64,000 nucleotides of DNA, taken from NCBI GenBank assembly GCA_002282385.1, contig NCJG01000004.1:12254-76253 (forward strand). Reading direction: 5' to 3'. Below the pieces are notes generated by a model. It searched no databases and had not been told where the DNA came from. It saw only the letters and a list, made by a program, of their open reading frames with translations. Shown here piece by piece: positions 18,470 to 27,369 of this stretch. Each line of letters starts with the position of its first letter. The stretch's first letter is position 1. This DNA is from Sphingomonadales bacterium 39-57-19. Lineage in GTDB: Bacteria > Pseudomonadota > Alphaproteobacteria > Sphingomonadales > Sphingomonadaceae. Made by a program: the position numbers and the translations under genes.

Positions 18470-20800
18470 ATGCATTTTTCAACGTATAAAAAGACGAACC
18501 TTGTTCGCGCAGCATTGCTCGGCACCAGCGCAATCGCGCTAGGAGTGTCCGCACCAGCGTTTGCGCAGGTTGAGGAAATTGTTGTTACGGCCCAGAAGGT
18601 CGAAGAAAATTTGCAGGATGTGCCAATCGCCATCACCGCCGTTTCTGGTGACGCCTTGGCGGCGGCAGGCACAACCAGCCTTGAGAATCTGAGCCAGCTC
18701 GTTCCATCGGTCACATTCCGCAAGGGCACGACCAACGCCAACTCCGCTGTTGTGTTGCGTGGCGTTGGAACGATTTCGTTCTCAATCGCTGCAGAACCAA
18801 GTGTTTCGACCGTTGTCGACGGTGTGGTCCTCAGTCGTTCAGGTCAGGCATTTGCTGATCTCGTCGAAATCGAGCGCCTCGAAGTGCTGCGCGGGCCGCA
18901 AGGCACCTTGTTTGGCAAGAACGCGTCGGCTGGTCTTATCAACGTCGTTTCCAAGGGTGGTACAGACACGCTTGAGGGCGAAGTTACCGTAGAGGGTTTT
19001 GAAGGCGGCGAATATCGTGGCCGTGCAACCGTTTCCGGCCCAGTCGCAGAAAGCCTGACTTTCCGCGCAAACGCATTTTACGGCACTTATGAAGGCAATA
19101 TCACCAACATATTTGGCGGTACGAATAACAAAGTGAATGGTTATGAGCATGTCGGTTTCCGCGGATTGCTCGATTTTGACAATGGTCCCGCACGGATCAA
19201 GCTCATCGCAGATTATTATGAAGCCGATGATGATTGCTGCGGCGAAGTCACCGGCGTTTCGCGCGGTGCGGCGCTGGACGCAGAGCTGAACCTGCCATTG
19301 GGCGTGGCCCAAGGTGAAAATCAGCGCTTCGTGAACCATAATCTCGTAACGGAGTCGTTGGATCGTCAAGTCGGCGTCACGATAAACGCAGATTTCGATG
19401 TATTTTCTGACTACACGTTGAGCGCGATTTACGGATATCGTGACTGGAACAATACAGAAATCCGCGAAGGCGATTTCTTGCCCCGTGCTGTTGTTGGTAC
19501 ACCACAATTGCATGACCGTGGCTTTGTCGAAACCAACCAAAGCTCGCTTGAGGTGCGTTTGGCGTCAGACCAAAGCAAGGCGTTCAAATATCAGGTCGGG
19601 ACGTTTTACTGGAAATCCGAAAATACGCAGGACTTCACGCGCGACGTTACCACGTGCACAACATCCACTTCGGCTGTTGATGCGCTTACGGGTGCCCGTC
19701 CCTGTAACCTTACAGATACCGTCAATACATTGTTTCCGACGGCCACATCAAACAGCTTAGTTGATATCGAAAATTATGCTGTGTTCGGTCAGGCAACATA
19801 TGATTTCACCGACCGCATCGGTCTAACCGTTGGCATGCGCTGGACGCACGACGCTATCGATTACACGCACAACCGTGCACCAGGCGTAAACCGCACCAAT
19901 GGCGCGGCGGCAACGGGTGCCGGTATCTCGGGTTCGCCTGCTGGTGGCACAGTTGCATCCGGCGGTAACGGAACGGCGCTGTCAACCGGATCGTCTAGCA
20001 ACAGCAATTTCTCCGGCAAGGCAGTGCTTACTGTGAAGCCAACGGACGATGTCATGGTCTACGGCAGCTACACGCGTGGCTATAAGGGCCCAGCGTTCAA
20101 CGTATTCTTCAACCACACGGCACCCGTCAACGCAGTGCCGATCGATGAAGAAACATCAGATTCGTTTGAAGCTGGCATTAAGAGCCAGTTTGCCGACAAC
20201 CGCATTCAATTGAATGCGTCGGCATTCCAAGTGACCTATGACGGGTTCCAAGCGAACAACTTCGTGCTTTTGAATGGTGCAGTTGTTACCAACTTGACCA
20301 ATGCTGGCCAAGTGCGCAGCACGGGTTTTGAACTGGATGCACTTGCCAACCCTGTTGAAGGTCTCGACCTGTTCGGCAGCGTTGCTTATGCAGATGCCAA
20401 GGTACGCCGGTTCAACCCGAACCCGCTGACCAACGCACCGGACGCCCGCAACGGCACGAAGTTGCCTTTGGCTCCAACATGGAGCTGGAACATCGGCGCA
20501 TCGTACGAATCGCCGTTCAATATGTTCGGTAAAGATGCGAAGGTTTATCTGCGGACGAGCTACAACCATGTTGGCAGCCAGTTCTCGGATCTGGGCCAGA
20601 GCGGACCAATCGACAGCTATGGTCTGTGGAATGCAAGTGTTGGATATTCGGACGCCGAAGACAACTGGCGCCTGACCTTCATCGTCCGCAACATCACAGA
20701 CGAAAGCTACGTGCTGCTGAATACCAGCGCTGGCCAGCGTCTGCATATTCCACGTGATGCAGATCGTTACATGGGTGCAAGCTTGCGCTTCCGCATGTAA
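18470..20800 (+). CDS. TonB-dependent receptor
   Basis: Signal peptide, TonB box EEIVVTAQK, plug LEVLRGPQGTLFGKNASAG, C-terminal beta strand ending LRFRM; GGGAGG RBS. Confidence 0.95.
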   Translation: MHFSTYKKTNLVRAALLGTSAIALGVSAPAFAQVEEIVVTAQKVEENLQDVPIAITAVSGDALAAAGTTSLENLSQLVPSVTFRKGTTNANSAVVLRGVGTISFSIAAEPSVSTVVDGVVLSRSGQAFADLVEIERLEVLRGPQGTLFGKNASAGLINVVSKGGTDTLEGEVTVEGFEGGEYRGRATVSGPVAESLTFRANAFYGTYEGNITNIFGGTNNKVNGYEHVGFRGLLDFDNGPARIKLIADYYEADDDCCGEVTGVSRGAALDAELNLPLGVAQGENQRFVNHNLVTESLDRQVGVTINADFDVFSDYTLSAIYGYRDWNNTEIREGDFLPRAVVGTPQLHDRGFVETNQSSLEVRLASDQSKAFKYQVGTFYWKSENTQDFTRDVTTCTTSTSAVDALTGARPCNLTDTVNTLFPTATSNSLVDIENYAVFGQATYDFTDRIGLTVGMRWTHDAIDYTHNRAPGVNRTNGAAATGAGISGSPAGGTVASGGNGTALSTGSSSNSNFSGKAVLTVKPTDDVMVYGSYTRGYKGPAFNVFFNHTAPVNAVPIDEETSDSFEAGIKSQFADNRIQLNASAFQVTYDGFQANNFVLLNGAVVTNLTNAGQVRSTGFELDALANPVEGLDLFGSVAYADAKVRRFNPNPLTNAPDARNGTKLPLAPTWSWNIGASYESPFNMFGKDAKVYLRTSYNHVGSQFSDLGQSGPIDSYGLWNASVGYSDAEDNWRLTFIVRNITDESYVLLNTSAGQRLHIPRDADRYMGASLRFRM

Positions 20801-20826
20801 TCCAACACGCGACGAAAACTTAAAAC

Positions 20827-20862
20827 AAGGCTGGAATCCGCAATGGGTTCCAGCCTTTTTTG
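20827..20862 (+). terminator. Intrinsic terminator, possibly bidirectional
   Basis: AAGGCTGGAATCC-GCAAT-GGGTTCCAGCCTT followed by a T-run; A-run on the other side. Confidence 0.85.
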
Positions 20863-20992
20863 TTTTCAAATTTCAGGGGAGAGAGCGAGGACGGGCGGTG
20901 CGAGACCATAAGCATAGCACCCCGTCCTTTGCCCGATGCCCAGATGTAAAAGGAATTCGACAAAAAACCGACAATGGCAGACCAATGACGTT

Positions 20993-21026
20993 TACAGATG
21001 TAGTCGAAACGACTACGTCTGTAGTC
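20993..21026 (+). promoter_or_regulatory. BlaI/MecI-type operator dyad overlapping the blaI-like promoter
   Basis: TACAGATGTA (perfect TACA-N2-TGTA, 20993-21002) and TACGTCTGTA (21014-21023) form a 12/13 inverted repeat. TTTACA-N17-TACGTC overlaps both; partial third site CCAGATGTA near 20940. Confidence 0.8.
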
Positions 21027-21038
21027 GGAGGTTCCAAA

Positions 21039-21410
21039 ATGTCATCAGACCGTATCAGCGACGCTGAATTAACAATCATGGAAATCCTATGGGAACGCGC
21101 GCCGTTGACGGCGACAGACGTTGCTGCGCGATTGCCCGATGATCGTGATTGGTCGTTACCAACCGTGAAAACCTTGCTGTCGCGCCTGCTGACCAAAGCC
21201 GCTGTTGAACATCGCGCCGACGGACGCCGGTTCCTGTACTCGCCGCTCATCGATCGCGAGGATTATGTTTCGCATGAATCCAAGCGGCTGGTCGACCGGC
21301 TTTTTGGGGGGCGGTTCATGCCGCTTGTTGCGCATCTTGCCGAGCAGGAACAGCTCAGCGACGCTGACATTTCCGAAATCGAGAGACTGTTGAGGGAGAT
21401 GAAATCATGA
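21039..21410 (+). CDS. BlaI/MecI/CopY family repressor
   Basis: Motifs ISDAELTIMEILW, WSLPTVKTLLSRLLTK and RFLYSPLI; GGAGG RBS; start ATG 21039. Confidence 0.93.
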   Translation: MSSDRISDAELTIMEILWERAPLTATDVAARLPDDRDWSLPTVKTLLSRLLTKAAVEHRADGRRFLYSPLIDREDYVSHESKRLVDRLFGGRFMPLVAHLAEQEQLSDADISEIERLLREMKS

Positions 21411-23002
21411 ACATAGACTTCATGGGCGCTTGGCTGTTTGATACCTTATTGACCACAACATTGCTGATGGCCGCCATTTTAATTGTACGGCGGCCTGTCG
21501 CCAAATATTTTGGTCCGACCATCGCATATGCGCTTTGGCTTATACCCGCTGCCCGTGTGTGCATGCCCACGATCGAAGGGCCATCCATTTCAACAGCTGA
21601 CGGCGGCATTGCCATCCAAAACGCGGTAAGGGATGCTGTGCTCGCGGGGCTGTCGTCCCCAGATGCTATGGCGACTGCGGCGAACCCGGTACATGCGCTC
21701 CCCACGATTGATTTTGTCGCACTTGGTCTGATGATCTGGCTTGGTGGCGCGGTGCTGTTGTTCATGATCCAGATGATCCGCTACGCCGCAATGCGCGATG
21801 ACCTTTTGGCCGAAGCCACAGACATCGCCGTTGTCGATGGCGTCAAAATCGTCGCATCCGATCAGGTAGCCGGACCATTGGCGTTTGGCCTTTTTCATCG
21901 CGTGATCGCGGTGCCGCAGGATTTTACCAAAGCCTATTCGCCTGCCGAACGCGACCTGGCGATTGCGCATGAAATGGCGCATCACAAATCGGGCGACCTG
22001 TTCGCCAATCTGGCCGCTTTCACCATCCTGTGTCTGCAATGGTTCAACCCCGTTGCGTGGATCAGCTGGAGCGCATTCCGCTTTGATCAGGAAGCGGCGT
22101 GCGATGCGCGTGTGCTTGCCGGCAAGGGTCCGGAAGAACGCGCGATATACGGTCAGGCGTTGGCGAAAACCGCATTTGACGGCGTGCCGACCTTTGCGAC
22201 GGCACTGAATTCACCGAAAACAATAATTGAGCGATTGAGGAGAATAACGATGAAGGACACCAGCCATACCCGCCGTTCGCTTGGCAAGATTGGCATAATA
22301 ACAGCCGCTGCAATCATATTGCCGCTGACCGCAACAATAGTCCCCGCGGTCGTTGCGCAGGACAAAGTGGCGGCTGAAGAAAGCAAGCCTGAAGTGGTCA
22401 AGCGCGAGGTCCGGGTAATTAAGGTGAAACGCGACGGTGAGACGATGGACATAGTCGGTCAGGACGCCTTGGGCGGCGAAGTGACCAAGGTCGAACGTGA
22501 CGGGAAAACGTTCATCTTCCGCACCGATAAGAAATTGTCGCCGGAAGAAGTCGAAAAATTGATCGATGGGGCCGAACAATCGCGGGAAGAGGCTGAAGAT
22601 GCTGTGGCGCAGGCGGACAGTGCCAAGGGCGCTGAAGGTGATACGCCCGCACCCGCCAAAACCCGCCGCGTGGAAACTATCCGCGTCATGGGCGACATGG
22701 ATATAGCCTCCTACATCCCCGAAATCGATATTCGTGAAATGACCAAGGACTGTCGTGACGCCCAGCCAGTGACCACCGATGTCAGCGGGTTCGACGGCAA
22801 GCAAAAATCGCGCGTCCGGCTGGTTATGTGCGGCAAAGGGCAAGCCAAATTAGCACGGGCCGAAGCGATCAAAGGCTTGCGTGAGGCGCGTAACGAAATT
22901 GCAAAGGACAAGGAAATGCCCAAGGGCGTTCGCAAAGATGTTGTGAAACAACTTGATCTGCAAATTCGTAAGCTTGAAACGCAAAGCGACGCAGCGGAAT
23001 AA
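21407..23002 (+). CDS. M56 (BlaR1/MecR1-like) metallopeptidase antirepressor with a non-PBP C-terminal domain
   Basis: TM helices, HEMAH zinc motif, WFNP and DQEAACD; ATGA-coupled to the repressor. Confidence 0.9.
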   Translation: MNIDFMGAWLFDTLLTTTLLMAAILIVRRPVAKYFGPTIAYALWLIPAARVCMPTIEGPSISTADGGIAIQNAVRDAVLAGLSSPDAMATAANPVHALPTIDFVALGLMIWLGGAVLLFMIQMIRYAAMRDDLLAEATDIAVVDGVKIVASDQVAGPLAFGLFHRVIAVPQDFTKAYSPAERDLAIAHEMAHHKSGDLFANLAAFTILCLQWFNPVAWISWSAFRFDQEAACDARVLAGKGPEERAIYGQALAKTAFDGVPTFATALNSPKTIIERLRRITMKDTSHTRRSLGKIGIITAAAIILPLTATIVPAVVAQDKVAAEESKPEVVKREVRVIKVKRDGETMDIVGQDALGGEVTKVERDGKTFIFRTDKKLSPEEVEKLIDGAEQSREEAEDAVAQADSAKGAEGDTPAPAKTRRVETIRVMGDMDIASYIPEIDIREMTKDCRDAQPVTTDVSGFDGKQKSRVRLVMCGKGQAKLARAEAIKGLREARNEIAKDKEMPKGVRKDVVKQLDLQIRKLETQSDAAE

Positions 23003-23052
23003 ACGCCAATCCATTCGCTGGGCTGCCACGCTCGGCTTATGACAGAACATTT

Positions 23053-23081
23053 GGGGCGGTTTTTGCGAACCGCCCCTTTTT
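23053..23081 (+). terminator. Intrinsic terminator
   Basis: GGGGCGGTT-TTTGCG-AACCGCCCC followed by TTTTT. Confidence 0.85.
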
Positions 23082-23111
23082 CTTTGCGCCACATTGCGCC
23101 ATAGCCATTTC

Positions 23112-24035
23112 ATGAGCAACTGGCCCGATAGCATAGAAGCTGGCGAAACCGAGCAGCACGAACCCCTCGTGCGCCGCGTGCTTGCGCCCAATGCCTCACC
23201 TTACACCTATACAGGCACGCAAACCTGGTTGGTGGGCGCAGGATCCGATGTCGCGGTGATTGACCCGGGCCCAGTCGGTACCGGGATGAGCGTCGGCGAT
23301 CCGGCTGATATCAATGGCGAGGGGCATGTTGACGCGATCTTGCGCGCTGTTGCCGGTAAGCGTGTTGCCGCCATCATGTGCACGCACACCCATCGCGATC
23401 ATTCGCCAGCGGCAGCGCCGTTGAAGGCCGCGACAGGCGCGCCCATCATCGGTTGCGCGCCGCTGGTATTGCGCGACGACGGCCCGCGTTCCGATAGTGC
23501 TTTTGACCCTGATTATGCCCCCGACCGCATCCTTGCCGATGGGGAGCGTATTTCAGGCGACGGATGGACTTTGGAAGCCGTCACGACCCCCGGCCACACC
23601 AGCAACCATATATGTTACGGACTGGTTGAAAGCGGGGCGCTGTTTACCGGCGACCATGTCATGAAATGGTCCACCAGCGTCGTCAGCCCGCCCGATGGTG
23701 ATATGAGTGACTATCTGGCGTCGCTGCAAAAATTATATGAACGCACGGATCGTATTTATTACCCCGCACATGGGCCAGCGGTCGAAAACCCAAGGCAGCT
23801 TGTGCGCGGCATGATTGGTCACCGGCGTCAGCGGGAACGCCAGATTCTGAAATTGCTTGAAGCAGGCGAGGGGCACATTCCCGACATGGTCGCTGCGATG
23901 TATAAGGGCCTCGATCCGCGTTTGACGGGCGCTGCCGGCCGGTCGGTATTGGCGCATCTCATCGATTTGCAAAATCAGGGCCGGGTCGCTGCCCAAGGCG
24001 AAGGTTGGCATTTAATCCCGCAAAAAAGACCGTAA
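23112..24035 (+). CDS. MBL-fold hydrolase (LACTB2-like, C-terminal winged helix)
   Basis: Motifs THTHRDH, TPGHTSNH, LFTGDHVM and PAHG; no signal peptide. Confidence 0.88.
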   Translation: MSNWPDSIEAGETEQHEPLVRRVLAPNASPYTYTGTQTWLVGAGSDVAVIDPGPVGTGMSVGDPADINGEGHVDAILRAVAGKRVAAIMCTHTHRDHSPAAAPLKAATGAPIIGCAPLVLRDDGPRSDSAFDPDYAPDRILADGERISGDGWTLEAVTTPGHTSNHICYGLVESGALFTGDHVMKWSTSVVSPPDGDMSDYLASLQKLYERTDRIYYPAHGPAVENPRQLVRGMIGHRRQRERQILKLLEAGEGHIPDMVAAMYKGLDPRLTGAAGRSVLAHLIDLQNQGRVAAQGEGWHLIPQKRP

Positions 24036-24132
24036 AAGCCCCCGCCAGAACTTGTTTCGATGGGCCTTATGGACCACATAGGGCTTCACTCGAGACGCAG
24101 ATGACAATGCTGCAACGCAAAGGTACGACAGA

Positions 24133-25125
24133 ATGAACGCCCCTGTAGCCCGCGAAAATCTGCAAGGACTTGACCTGCTCGCTGAAATTCAGCGGCTGAA
24201 AAAAGAACGCAATGCCGTCATTCTCGCGCATTATTACCAAAAGCCGGAAATTCAGGACCTTGCCGATTTCGTCGGGGACTCGCTGGAACTCAGCAAGCGT
24301 GCGGCGGAAACCGACGCGGATGTCATCGCGTTTTGCGGCGTGAAGTTCATGGCCGAGACCGCGAAAATATTGAGCCCGCAAAAGACCGTTATTTTGCCCG
24401 ATATGGCGGCGGGCTGCTCATTGGAAGATGCGTGCCCCCCCGGCAAATTCAAGGCGTTCCGGGAAGCACATCCCGACCATATCGCGCTGACTTACATCAA
24501 TTGTTCGGCCGAAGTGAAAGCGCTGTCTGATATCATCGTCACCTCCTCAAGCGCCGAAACGATTTTGAGTCAGATTCCACCCGAACAAAAAATCATTTTT
24601 GGACCCGACCGGCATTTGGGCGGCTATTTGAGCCGTAAGTTCAACCGTGACATGCTGTTGTGGCCGGGCGTGTGCATTGTGCATGAGGCGTTTTCGGAAA
24701 CTGAATTGCTGAAACTGAAAGCGCAGCATCGCGGCGTTCCTGTGGCAGCGCACCCCGAATGCCCGCCGCATATTATCGATCACGCCGATTATGTCGGCAG
24801 CACCAGCGGTATCTTGCAATATGCGCAGACGATAACCGGCGACACGCTCATCGTCGCAACCGAACCGCACATCATCCACCAGATGGAAAAGGCCGAGCCC
24901 ACCAAGACCTTCATCGGTGCGCCGGGGGCTGACGGCAACTGCGCGTGCAATATCTGCCCTTATATGGCGCTCAACACGATGGAGAAGTTGTATCTCGCGC
25001 TGCGCGATCTTCAGCCGCAGATACATCTCGACGAAACCGTTCGTTTGGGAGCCAAGAAGAGCCTCGACCGAATGCTTGAAATGGCGAGCGGGACCGTCGG
25101 TAAAGGCGACCTCGGCAGGGCCTAG
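24133..25125 (+). CDS. nadA: Quinolinate synthase
   Basis: Motifs ILAHYYQ, FCGVKFMAETAK, GCSL, AHPEC and CPYM. Confidence 0.97.
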   Translation: MNAPVARENLQGLDLLAEIQRLKKERNAVILAHYYQKPEIQDLADFVGDSLELSKRAAETDADVIAFCGVKFMAETAKILSPQKTVILPDMAAGCSLEDACPPGKFKAFREAHPDHIALTYINCSAEVKALSDIIVTSSSAETILSQIPPEQKIIFGPDRHLGGYLSRKFNRDMLLWPGVCIVHEAFSETELLKLKAQHRGVPVAAHPECPPHIIDHADYVGSTSGILQYAQTITGDTLIVATEPHIIHQMEKAEPTKTFIGAPGADGNCACNICPYMALNTMEKLYLALRDLQPQIHLDETVRLGAKKSLDRMLEMASGTVGKGDLGRA

Positions 25126-25260
25126 GCCAATCGGCAGAGAATTTGGACAACATTGGCTGGATGCCGGCGGACGCTAAAAAAGCGCCTTCATCTGACGTTC
25201 AGCGAAAAGCGTAAATATACCCTCGCATTCACCGTTATATCGATATAATACAGCCACGCG

Positions 25261-27369
25261 ATGCTTTTCCGGCGCTCCTCTTCTGACATTCCTTCGGATA
25301 TTGATGGCCGGCTTGCGGCCTTCGATGAAAGCTATGCGCAGCGCTTTCCCGATGATCCGCAGCCTTGGAATCCCGATGCTAAGCCAGCGTCGACACGGCG
25401 CCTGATCCTCGGCAAGACCCGCTGGTGGTGGTTTAGCCGAACCAGTGCGGCCTTGCTTGGCCTGTTCATATTGTTGATATTGTGGCTTGCGATCACGGCG
25501 CCATTGTCCAAATCGCTTCAGCCCATCGCACCGCCGCGCATTACGCTGCTGGCGTCGGATGGCACGCCAATCGCGCGGAACGGGGCTATCGTCGACAAAC
25601 CGGTTGATGTCGGCACGCTGCCGCCGCACGTCGTGCAGGCGTTTTTATCTATCGAAGATCGCCGCTTTTATTCGCATTTCGGTATCGACCCCCGCGGCCT
25701 TGCGCGGGCGTTTTGGTCCAATGCTTTTGGCAGCGGAATGACTCAGGGCGGAAGCACGATTACGCAGCAACTTGCGAAATTCACTTTTCTGACGCCGGAG
25801 CGCAGCCTGACGCGCAAGGCGCGCGAAATGCTCATTGCCTTCTGGCTGGAGGGGCGTTTGACGAAGGACGAAATTCTTGAGCGCTATCTGTCGAACGTTT
25901 ATTTCGGTGACAATGTCTACGGCCTGCGCGCAGCGTCCTTACATTATTTCTACCGGCAACCCGAGCGCCTGACGCTCAGCCAGTCGGTGATGCTTGCCGG
26001 CCTTGTACAGGCACCGTCGCGGCTTGCCCCGACAAAGAACCCCGAACGGGCGGCCAAGCGGGCACAATTGGTGCTGAATGCAATGGTCGCCAATAATGTC
26101 ATTACGCGGGCCAAGGCCGACGCGACCCCGGTCGCGCGCCTTGACGTTCGCGTGCGCGAAACGCTGCCGACTGGCACCTATTTTGCGGACTGGGCCATTC
26201 CCCAGGCACGGCTGCTGACCGACAGCGGCTATGCTGACGTCAGGATTACCACGACATTGGACGCGCGATTGCAGAACATCGCCCGCAAGGTCGTGGCGCG
26301 ATCCGCCGTTGGCAATGCCCAAATCGCGCTCGTTGCGATGCGCCCCAATGGCGAAGTCGTCGCGATGGTAGGTGGCCGAAGCTATAAGGACTCCGCGTTC
26401 AACCGCGCGACGCAGGCAAAGCGGCAGCCCGGGTCCACGTTCAAACTGTTTGTCTATCTGGCGGCGCTCCGGTCGGGGATGACACCGGAATCGTTGATTG
26501 CCGATACGCCGATTAATGAAGGCGCGTACCGCCCCAAAAATTCGGGGCAGAATTACCGCGGTGACATTACGCTTGAGCAGGCATTTGCCCAGTCCAGCAA
26601 CGTGGCTGCGGTGCGCCTGTATCAAAAAGTTGGCGGCGAAGCGGTGGCACGCGCGGCAACGGATCTGGGCGTGCGCAGCCCATTGACGATGGACCAGAGC
26701 ATGGCGCTGGGCAGTTCGGGCCTGACCCTGATTGAGCTGACGGCTGCCTATGCCGGCGTGGCGGGGAACCAATGGCCCGTTGAACCGCACGCCATCAAAC
26801 GCGAAGAGCAAGGATGGATAGAGTGGCTGTTTTCCGGACCACGTTCATTCAGCAGCCGTACGCACGGGATGTTGCTCGATTTGCTGGGCGCGACGGTCAA
26901 TAAGGGAACCGGACGCGCGGCGCGGCTGTCCATCCCGGCCTATGGCAAAACCGGAACGAGCCAAGACAATCGCGACGCATTATTCGTCGGATTTGCGGGT
27001 AACCTCGTGGTCGGTGTCTGGATTGGCAATGATGACAACAGCCCGTTGCGCGGCGTTAACGGCGGCGGTTTACCGGCGCGCATCTGGCGCGATTTCATGG
27101 CGCAGTCGATCCGCAATGCGGCGCCTGCGGCAAGGCCGAAGCTGCGTCAGCAGCCTGACCCTGAAGGCCCGATCGAGCCGTTGGACTTGCCAGAACTTAG
27201 CGAATTTCCAGTCGATGTTGGCAACGCGGAAGTCCGGATTGACCAAGGCCAAGGTGTAACGGTGAATGCCGAGGTCGGTGGCATGCCGGTGGAGGTCAAG
27301 CTTGACCGCGGCGGTGTGAATATCCAGCCTGCGCCGCCCGAAACGCGACCAGCGCAAGGCTCGCGATGA
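25261..27369 (+). CDS. Class A penicillin-binding protein (PBP1A-like)
   Basis: Transglycosylase motifs EDRRFY and GGSTITQQLAK; transpeptidase GSTFK (SxxK), SSN and GKTGT. Exact start uncertain. Confidence 0.93.
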   Translation: MLFRRSSSDIPSDIDGRLAAFDESYAQRFPDDPQPWNPDAKPASTRRLILGKTRWWWFSRTSAALLGLFILLILWLAITAPLSKSLQPIAPPRITLLASDGTPIARNGAIVDKPVDVGTLPPHVVQAFLSIEDRRFYSHFGIDPRGLARAFWSNAFGSGMTQGGSTITQQLAKFTFLTPERSLTRKAREMLIAFWLEGRLTKDEILERYLSNVYFGDNVYGLRAASLHYFYRQPERLTLSQSVMLAGLVQAPSRLAPTKNPERAAKRAQLVLNAMVANNVITRAKADATPVARLDVRVRETLPTGTYFADWAIPQARLLTDSGYADVRITTTLDARLQNIARKVVARSAVGNAQIALVAMRPNGEVVAMVGGRSYKDSAFNRATQAKRQPGSTFKLFVYLAALRSGMTPESLIADTPINEGAYRPKNSGQNYRGDITLEQAFAQSSNVAAVRLYQKVGGEAVARAATDLGVRSPLTMDQSMALGSSGLTLIELTAAYAGVAGNQWPVEPHAIKREEQGWIEWLFSGPRSFSSRTHGMLLDLLGATVNKGTGRAARLSIPAYGKTGTSQDNRDALFVGFAGNLVVGVWIGNDDNSPLRGVNGGGLPARIWRDFMAQSIRNAAPAARPKLRQQPDPEGPIEPLDLPELSEFPVDVGNAEVRIDQGQGVTVNAEVGGMPVEVKLDRGGVNIQPAPPETRPAQGSR

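Noticed and set aside
21039-24035. Inducible beta-lactamase system (blaI-blaR1-bla)
   Set aside because: The M56 protein has no SxxK sensor domain, a terminator separates the MBL gene, and the MBL is a cytoplasmic LACTB2-like protein without a signal peptide.
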